Both the position numbers and the translations under genes were made by a program. The notes beneath the pieces were generated by a model. The model saw nothing but the letters and a program-made list of their open reading frames with translations, was not told where the DNA came from and ran no database searches. A stretch of DNA of 64,000 nucleotides from Casimicrobiaceae bacterium (GTDB lineage Bacteria; Pseudomonadota; Gammaproteobacteria; Burkholderiales; Casimicrobiaceae): contig DATJBM010000034.1 of assembly GCA_035515295.1 (NCBI GenBank), positions 5,346-69,345 on the forward strand, written 5' to 3'. Of this stretch, positions 55,580 to 64,000 are shown piece after piece. Each line of letters starts with the position of its first letter. Position 1 is the first letter of the stretch.

Positions 55580-57579
55580 AGATCGTCTACACCGACGTGC
55601 TGGTCATCGGCGGAGGACTCGCGGGGCTGCGCCTGGGCATCGGCGCGCGACGGCGAGGGCACGATGTGGTCATCCTGTCGCTGGTGCCGCCGAAGCGCTC
55701 GCACTCCGCGGCGGCCCAAGGCGGCATGCAGGCCTCGCTGGCCAACATGATCAAGGGCCAGGGCGACAACGAGGACCTGCACTTCGAGGACACGGTGCGC
55801 GGCAGCGACTGGGGTGCCGACCAGGAGGTCGCCCGGATGTTCGTCAACACGGCGCCGAAGGCCGTGCGCGAGCTGGCGGCCTGGGGCGTGCCCTGGAGCC
55901 GCGTGCGCAAGGGCGACCGCGAAGTCATCATCAACGGCCAGAAGGTCACGATCACCGAACGCGACGAAGCGCACGGTCTTGTCGCGCAGCGCGATTTCGG
56001 CGGCACCAAGAAGTGGCGCGCCTGCTACGTCTCGGACGGCACCGGCCACGCGATGCTGCAGGCGATGAGCGATCAGGCGATCGGCGACGCCATTCCCGTG
56101 CACGAGCGCGTCGAGGCGATCGCGCTGATCCACGATGCGGCGCGCTGCTACGGCGCGATTGTCCGCGACCTCGTGACCGGCGCGCTGATCGCCTACCTCG
56201 CCAAGGCCACGGCGATCGCCAGCGGCGGCGCGGGCAGGCTCTACCGCGTGACGACCAACGCGGTGATCTGCGAAGGGATCGGCTCGGCGCTCGCGCTCGA
56301 AACCGGCGTCGCGACGCTCGGCAACATGGAGGCGATCCAGTTTCACCCGACGGGGATCTTCCCCGCCGGAATACTGGTCACCGAGGGCTGTCGCGGCGAC
56401 GGCGGACTGCTCAAGGACGTCGACGGCCACCGCTTCATGCCGGATTACGAGCCGGAAAAGAAGGAGCTCGCCTCGCGCGACGTCGTCTCGCGGCGCATGG
56501 AGACGCACATCGTCAAGGGCAAGGGCGTCAAGAGCCGCTTCGGCGATCACCTGTGGCTCGACATCACGCTCCTCGGCGAGAAGCACATCCGCCACAACCT
56601 GCGCGAGGTGAACGAGATCTGCCACTACTTCCTGGGCATCGATCCGGTGAAGGACTGGATCCCAGTGCGCCCGGCGCAGCACTACACGATGGGTGGCGTA
56701 CGTACCGGATACACCGGGGAGAGCTCCACGCTCAAGGGTCTTTTCGCGGCCGGAGAGGCGGCGTGCTGGGACATCCACGGCTTCAATCGCCTCGGCGGCA
56801 ATTCGGTCGCTGAGACCGTGGTCGCCGGCATGATCGTCGGCGAATTCATCTCCGACTTCTGCGACAACAGCGAGAACGACGTCGACATCCCGACGCGCGT
56901 CGTGCACGACTTCCTGCGCCGCGAGCAGATGGCGATCGACGGGCTGCTCGAGGGCCGCGGAACCGAGGACGGCTCGGCGATCAAGGCGCGAATGCAGGAG
57001 ATCATGACCTCGAAAGTGGGCATCTTCCGCACCGGCGCCGAGCTGGAATCGGCGGTAGCGGAGCTCCAGGACCTGCTCCGGCGCAGCCGCAGCATCGGGC
57101 TGAAGTGCAAGGCGCGCGGCGCCAATCCCGAGCTCGTGACGGGTTATCGCACCCAGAAGATGCTCAAGGTCGCGCTGTGCGTCGCCTATGGCGCGCTGAC
57201 CCGCACCGAGAGCCGCGGCGCGCATTTCCGCGAGGACTTCGCGCGGCGCGACGACGCTCGGTGGCTCAAGCGCACGCTCGCGAGCTGGAAGTCAGAGAAG
57301 GACACGCTGCCGTCTCTCGCGTACGAGACTCTGGACGTGGGCAAGATGGAGCTTCCGCCCGGCTGGCGCGGCTACGGCGCGAAGGATTACGTCGACCATC
57401 CCGATACGGCGAAGCGCCTCGCGGAAGTCCAGGCGATCCGTCAGCGCATGGCCGATGCGTCGCGGTTCGAGGTGCAGCAAGCGCTGATGCCCTATCGCCA
57501 CCTTCTTCCCGAACGGCTCCGCGGCCGCAACGAGCGGATCGACGAGCCGTTACGCAGTGAAGCGGAGATCGCCGCATGA
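55576..57579 (+). CDS. frdA: Fumarate reductase / succinate dehydrogenase flavoprotein subunit
   Basis: [13 protein letters not shown] (FAD), [11 protein letters not shown] (covalent-FAD His), [20 protein letters not shown]. Start trimmed to ATG 55576. Confidence 0.92.
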   Translation: MKIVYTDVLVIGGGLAGLRLGIGARRRGHDVVILSLVPPKRSHSAAAQGGMQASLANMIKGQGDNEDLHFEDTVRGSDWGADQEVARMFVNTAPKAVRELAAWGVPWSRVRKGDREVIINGQKVTITERDEAHGLVAQRDFGGTKKWRACYVSDGTGHAMLQAMSDQAIGDAIPVHERVEAIALIHDAARCYGAIVRDLVTGALIAYLAKATAIASGGAGRLYRVTTNAVICEGIGSALALETGVATLGNMEAIQFHPTGIFPAGILVTEGCRGDGGLLKDVDGHRFMPDYEPEKKELASRDVVSRRMETHIVKGKGVKSRFGDHLWLDITLLGEKHIRHNLREVNEICHYFLGIDPVKDWIPVRPAQHYTMGGVRTGYTGESSTLKGLFAAGEAACWDIHGFNRLGGNSVAETVVAGMIVGEFISDFCDNSENDVDIPTRVVHDFLRREQMAIDGLLEGRGTEDGSAIKARMQEIMTSKVGIFRTGAELESAVAELQDLLRRSRSIGLKCKARGANPELVTGYRTQKMLKVALCVAYGALTRTESRGAHFREDFARRDDARWLKRTLASWKSEKDTLPSLAYETLDVGKMELPPGWRGYGAKDYVDHPDTAKRLAEVQAIRQRMADASRFEVQQALMPYRHLLPERLRGRNERIDEPLRSEAEIAA

Positions 57580-58397
57580 ACGACCTCACGCTCAAGCCAG
57601 ACGCGGCCGTCCAAAACGGAGCCGTCGTCAAGCCGGTGACCGTGCACCGCCGGACCGGCAACGGCAATGGTCTCCCGCGGCAGCTCGCGATCAGCATCCT
57701 GCGCTACAACCCGCAGGATGCGGCGAGCGTCCCGCATCTTCAGACTTATGGGATCGAGGAAGCCGACGGCATGACGCTGTTCATCGCGCTGAACGAGATC
57801 CGGGAAAAGCAGGACGCCTCGCTCCAGTTCGACTTCGTCTGCCGCGCCGGCATCTGCGGCAGCTGCGCGATGGTCGTGAACGGGCGGCCGACGCTCGCCT
57901 GCAGGACGCTGACCAAGAATCTGCCCGCCGAGATCACGCTGGCGCCGCTACCGTTCTTCGAGCTCATCGGCGATCTGTCGGTCAACACTGGGAAGTGGAT
58001 GCGCGGAATGAGCGAGCGCGTTCGCGGCTGGCTGCACCTGAAGGACCCCAATCCAGACCTCTCGCGCATCGAGGAACGGATGGATCCGGACCTGGCGGAG
58101 AAGATCTACGAGCTCGACCGCTGCATCGAATGCGGCTGCTGTGTCGCGGCCTGTGGCACCGCACGGATGCGCGAGGACTTCGTCGGAGCCGTGGCGCTCA
58201 ACCGGGTCGCGCGCTTCCGGCTCGATCCGCGCGATCGGCGGACCGATGCGGACTACTACGAGCTGATCGGCGACGACGATGGAATCTTCGGCTGCATGTC
58301 GCTGCTCGGCTGCCACGATGTCTGCCCGAAGGACTTGCCGCTCGGTACGCAGATCGCGTTTCTGCGGCGCAGAATGGTGAGGATGGGCTTCCGCTGA
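57576..58397 (+). CDS. frdB: Fumarate reductase / succinate dehydrogenase iron-sulfur subunit
   Basis: [21 protein letters not shown] (2Fe-2S), [11 protein letters not shown] (4Fe-4S), [13 protein letters not shown] (3Fe-4S). An N-terminal extension of about 35 aa precedes the usual start region. Confidence 0.9.
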   Translation: MNDLTLKPDAAVQNGAVVKPVTVHRRTGNGNGLPRQLAISILRYNPQDAASVPHLQTYGIEEADGMTLFIALNEIREKQDASLQFDFVCRAGICGSCAMVVNGRPTLACRTLTKNLPAEITLAPLPFFELIGDLSVNTGKWMRGMSERVRGWLHLKDPNPDLSRIEERMDPDLAEKIYELDRCIECGCCVAACGTARMREDFVGAVALNRVARFRLDPRDRRTDADYYELIGDDDGIFGCMSLLGCHDVCPKDLPLGTQIAFLRRRMVRMGFR

Positions 58398-58526
58398 GCC
58401 GTGGGCTCGACGCGGCGGCGTTCGCCTGCGCCGTCCGGGTTACTCGGGCGAGCACGACCAAGCCGGTCGCTCATGACGCCACCGCTGTACACCAAGCCGC
58501 GCCATTCGGTGTGAGGGCTGCGCCTG

Positions 58527-60620
<2,094 letters not shown>

Positions 60621-60774
60621 GCTCTTACGCGAGTTCTCTCCGGTTGCATCGATGCCGCCAGAATTGGCGCAGATGCAATGTGCGCCCAGTGGGGCGGCAC
60701 ATGAGCCAATGTTACCCGCGCGCACCAATCTTTGGCGACGAGATAGCGAAGCAGTCGTTCGTATCGCGACTAAT

Positions 60775-62046
60775 TTAGCCAGCAGAACACGGAACAACGC
60801 TTGATGGCAGCTCGCCTTGCGTTGCGTCGACACCGCTACGCTCGACGTAGGTCGGTATCCAGCCCCCGGGCGACGAGAAATCGACGCTGTCGGGATGCCG
60901 GGATGCCCGGCCGGATAGAAGAACGCGCTCGCCGCGGTAGGCCCAGACGCGCAGGTCGGTCCAGAGAGACACGCCCTCGCCCGCGTCCACGTGCGACTTC
61001 GGCGCCCTTCGCTGCGCGACGTAAGGATTGCCCTTCTTGAGGAGCTGACGCAGGCGCGTGCGGCCCACCTGCGCGCCCGTGAGGAGACCGTGGCTCGCGA
61101 ACCCGTGGCACGGCTTGAAGAACCACTGCTCCTTTTCGCGCGCGAGCTCGTCGACGTTCTCGGGTCGGAGCAGACGGGTCTCCGGCACGTGAACGCTCAG
61201 CAGGACTCTCTCGTCGGGCCGAATGCCGAGCTCGACGTCACTGACCGGCCTCGAGAGCGGCTCGAGCAAGCGCTTGTCGCTCCGCGTCGCGTAGGTGAAG
61301 GGATTGGGCACCACCAGCACGCTGCCCTCCGCGTAGGCGGCGCGCAGGGCCGAGAAGGCTTCCCCGTCCCAGAAGAAGTCGGTCGAGCGGTTGACCACGA
61401 ACGCTACGCGCTCGCCACGGCAGAGCAGCTGTCCACCTTCCCAGGTGGTCTCGGCCGGCGAGCCCGTCTGGGCGCGCCATCCGGCACGCCGGCACAGATC
61501 CCGGAGCAGCACGTGCTCGTGTCTGAACTTGCCCGCTCTCAGCGACTGTGCGTCGTCGAGGATCAGCACGAGACCCGAGGGCCCCTCGGAGAAGGCCCGG
61601 GCCTCCGTTCGGATCATGCCGAGCACGCGCTCGCCGAAGGCCGGAACGGACGGCGGTGCCTCGATCGCGCGACGCTCGCCGACACCGGAGAGCTCGTAGT
61701 AGAGGCGATTGAGGATCGCGGCGAACATCATCCCCGAGCCGTTGTCGTTGCACTCGATGAGCTGGAACCGATCGGGACGCTCCGGCGGGAGATGGAAATC
61801 CCACGCGCTGAAGAAGCAGATCTCCGAGCGCCGCTGTCGGACGATCGCGGGGCCCCTCGCCGTCATCGCCTCTTGCCAGGTCGGGCGCGTGGTGACCCGA
61901 TCGAAGACACGGATGAAGCTCTCGATCGCGGCCACGAGCGTGCGAGGGACGACCTGAGACACGAGCGCGACCGAGAAGCCCTCGGGCACGTCCGGCATGC
62001 CGGCTTCGCGTAGCGCTGCATAGAACCGATCTTCGAAGCCTGGCAT
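60775..62046 (-). CDS. Hypothetical protein with an ATP-grasp-like signature (glutathionylspermidine-synthase-like pre-ATP-grasp)
   Basis: 423 aa with coding-like composition. FQLIECNDNGSGMMF resembles the KLLEYNADTP element of GSP-synthase-type ligases. FFKPCHGFASHG and DLRVWAYRGERVLL resemble the ATP-grasp K-P-x-x-G and D-x-R-V motifs. Call is tentative. Confidence 0.45.
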   Translation of the reverse strand: MPGFEDRFYAALREAGMPDVPEGFSVALVSQVVPRTLVAAIESFIRVFDRVTTRPTWQEAMTARGPAIVRQRRSEICFFSAWDFHLPPERPDRFQLIECNDNGSGMMFAAILNRLYYELSGVGERRAIEAPPSVPAFGERVLGMIRTEARAFSEGPSGLVLILDDAQSLRAGKFRHEHVLLRDLCRRAGWRAQTGSPAETTWEGGQLLCRGERVAFVVNRSTDFFWDGEAFSALRAAYAEGSVLVVPNPFTYATRSDKRLLEPLSRPVSDVELGIRPDERVLLSVHVPETRLLRPENVDELAREKEQWFFKPCHGFASHGLLTGAQVGRTRLRQLLKKGNPYVAQRRAPKSHVDAGEGVSLWTDLRVWAYRGERVLLSGRASRHPDSVDFSSPGGWIPTYVERSGVDATQGELPSSVVPCSAG

Positions 62047-62076
62047 GGTCCGTCAATGTCGCCCTTCGTCCCTTCT

Positions 62077-62115
62077 GCCACTCAAGGACGAGCAAAGCGG
62101 ATCTTCTTGAGTGGC
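62077..62115 (-). other. Perfect 10-bp-stem hairpin between atpG and the ATP-grasp-like gene
   Basis: GCCACTCAAG (62077-62086) and CTTGAGTGGC (62106-62115) flank a 19-nt loop. No U-tract follows on the transcribed (minus) strand. Confidence 0.5.
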
Positions 62116-62184
62116 ATCTTCTCACCCCGCAGGTCCCGAAAGCCGATGAGCCTTTGGAGTGCCTGTGGAGTCTCGTTCATGTCG

Positions 62185-63072
62185 TCACCCGGGTCCTGCC
62201 AGCGCTTCGAAGCCGGAGACCACGTCGAACAATTCCTCGTCGATACCGCTCTGGCGCAAGCGGTAAAACCTCCGTCTCAGCTCCTCCAGCAGCTCACCGA
62301 TATTTTTTTCCGCGCGTTGCATCGCAGCCAGGCGGCTGGCGTTTTCGCTTGCCAGGGATTCGGCGCAGGCCCTGAACAGCGAGACAAAGAGATATTCGCG
62401 GACGAACGCCAGCAGCGTATGCTCCCCACCGTTCATGACCTCGGGCAGATTTCCGGTGGGCCACCGGATCGCGGCCACGTCGCGTCGCCACGCGTCGTCC
62501 AGCGGCAGCAGCCGCTGGCTCACGGGTGCACAAATCGCCCCGGGCTCGGGGCGGTTGTGGAAAACGTAGACCTGCGCGATGCCGCCCCTTTCGCGATGCG
62601 TCTCCATCTCGACCAGGATCCGCCCGACCAGCGGCGTAATCGCGCCGATGGAATTCGGCAGCATTAAGCGTTCCTCCGGCACCAGGTCGGTGTCCGCGAG
62701 GCGCGACTGAATGCGCTCGCCAACCGCCCACACGGTCTTCCTGCCCGGAAGACTTCCCAGCACCTTCCTGACAAACTCCACCATCACCTCATTGAATTGA
62801 CCCACCAGTCCCTGGTCGGACCCGAACACGACCGCGCCAATCGGCCCCGTGTCCTCGCGCTGCGCTCGCGTCGTCGCGCCAGGCCGCTCACTCTGTCGGA
62901 AGCTCGCGGCCAGACCCAGCTGCACCGTCCAATAATAATCATCCAGGGAGTGCACCGCGCTCTCGTATTGCCCGATGCTCGAAGCGGCCATGGCCTTCAT
63001 CGTGCGCACCACGGATTCGAGCTCTCCGGCACTGGCGATCTTGCGGCGCAGGCTCGCGGCGGTATCGCTCAC
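62185..63072 (-). CDS. atpG: F1 ATP synthase gamma subunit (alternative / N-ATPase-type operon)
   Basis: [27 protein letters not shown]-terminus and C-terminal [25 protein letters not shown]...[16 protein letters not shown] start overlaps the alpha stop (GTGA). No beta gene follows. Confidence 0.82.
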   Translation of the reverse strand: MSDTAASLRRKIASAGELESVVRTMKAMAASSIGQYESAVHSLDDYYWTVQLGLAASFRQSERPGATTRAQREDTGPIGAVVFGSDQGLVGQFNEVMVEFVRKVLGSLPGRKTVWAVGERIQSRLADTDLVPEERLMLPNSIGAITPLVGRILVEMETHRERGGIAQVYVFHNRPEPGAICAPVSQRLLPLDDAWRRDVAAIRWPTGNLPEVMNGGEHTLLAFVREYLFVSLFRACAESLASENASRLAAMQRAEKNIGELLEELRRRFYRLRQSGIDEELFDVVSGFEALAGPG

Positions 63073-64000
63073 CGCTTTCCCCGGGCTTGTTGCTGTGGCT
63101 GAAAGCGCGCGAGCGTGTCGCGGGCGACCTGGACGATCGTCGCTCGATCCTCGTCGCTCAATTTATCGGCGGTATCGAATCGCGCGCGAACCTCGGCCGG
63201 AATATCGGTCGCCGCCTCGCGCAGAGCGCGTTCGGCATCCGTCATCCGGTCGAACGCAATGCCGTCGAAGAATTCCGCGGTCAACCCCACCAGCACTGCG
63301 ACTTGCGCGGCCACCGACACCGGCGCGAATTCCGGTTGTTTGAGGCAGGCACGGATCCGGCGACCGTGCTCGATGATCTTGCGGGTATTTTCATCCAGGC
63401 GGGCGCCGAAGCGGGCAAAGGTCTCGAGCTCTTCGAACTGCGCATAGGAGAGCTTGAGGTCGCCCGCAACCGCGCGGTAGGCGGCCCGTTGCGCCTTGCC
63501 GCCGACACGCGACACGGATTTGCCGACATCGACCGCCGGCAGCACGCCCAACTCGAAGAGCGACGGCGAGAGGTAGATCTGTCCGTCCGTGATTGAAATC
63601 AGGTTGGTCGGAATGTAGGCGGAAATGTCCTGCGCTTCGGTTTCGATGATCGGCAGCGCGGTCAGCGATCCACCGCCGAGTTCCGGCCCCAGGTGCGTCG
63701 CGCGCTCGAGCAGCCGCGCATGGATGTAGAAGATGTCGCCCGGAAAAGCTTCCCGTCCGGGCGGGCGGCGCAGCAGCAGGGACAGCTCGCGATAGGCGCG
63801 CGCGTGATGCGTGAGGTCGTCGTAGACCACCAGCACGTCGCGGCCCTGCTCCACGAAATGCTCCGCTATGCTGGTCGCCGCGTATGGCGCGATGTAGGCG
63901 AGGCCCGGCGGATCGTTGCCTTCGGTCACGACCACTGTGGTGTAATCCATGGCGCCTTGTTCGCGCAGGGCGGCAACCACCTTGGCCACACCGGACGCGC
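63069..64000 (-). CDS. atpA: F1 ATP synthase alpha subunit (3' part; 5' end beyond the right edge)
   Basis: ...[44 protein letters not shown]...[32 protein letters not shown]. The frame stays open to position 64000; the track's M at 63989 is an internal GTG. Confidence 0.9.
   Translation of the reverse strand, partial: ASGVAKVVAALREQGAMDYTTVVVTEGNDPPGLAYIAPYAATSIAEHFVEQGRDVLVVYDDLTHHARAYRELSLLLRRPPGREAFPGDIFYIHARLLERATHLGPELGGGSLTALPIIETEAQDISAYIPTNLISITDGQIYLSPSLFELGVLPAVDVGKSVSRVGGKAQRAAYRAVAGDLKLSYAQFEELETFARFGARLDENTRKIIEHGRRIRACLKQPEFAPVSVAAQVAVLVGLTAEFFDGIAFDRMTDAERALREAATDIPAEVRARFDTADKLSDEDRATIVQVARDTLARFQPQQQARGKR

Noticed and set aside
60621-60774. Inverted repeat TTGCATC-N23-GATGCAA between glgX and the ATP-grasp-like gene, considered as an operator
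   Set aside because: It has only 7-bp arms with a long spacer, occurs once, and I cannot match it to any regulator motif. It is too weak to call.

Overview
High-GC (about 68-72% by spot counts), densely coding chromosomal segment from a proteobacterium. Gene content and synteny look beta/gamma-proteobacterial, but the taxon cannot be fixed without a search. I support about 55 protein genes and find no rRNA, tRNA, CRISPR array, IS element or prophage. Many long ORFs in the track are antisense or out-of-frame shadows typical of high-GC DNA, and several real genes carry spurious N-terminal extensions that I trimmed by hand.

Contents from left to right:
- EF-G-like GTPase (partial)
- Pil-Chp twitching chemosensory cluster (pilG-pilH-pilI-pilJ-chpA)
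- ilvA, ppx and ppk (convergent), dnaQ
- A PP2C phosphatase and Hanks-type Ser/Thr kinase pair
- yicC-gmk-rpoZ-spoT, grxD, a GST
- A sugar-type ABC transporter operon bracketed by two 2-hydroxyacid dehydrogenases
- A short MetE-like methyltransferase and a cold-shock protein with a long leader
- An O-antigen-ligase-family membrane protein
- An 11-gene orphan lipid-assembly cluster (34.3-44.3 kb)
- guaD and a secreted double-retropepsin-like protease
- A partner-switching module with no sigma factor (STAS, MBL hydrolase, CHASE2-PP2C sensor phosphatase, FecR-like and OmpA-like proteins, RsbW-like kinase; 46.8-52.0 kb)
- LysR regulator with GST and ygiD
- A Wolinella-type frdCAB operon with FNR-like boxes
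- glgX, an ATP-grasp-like orphan, and the alpha/gamma tail of an N-ATPase-like F1Fo operon

The best candidates for something undescribed are the 34.3-44.3 kb lipid cluster and the 46.8-52.0 kb partner-switching locus. All functional calls rest on motif recognition by eye; no database search was possible.
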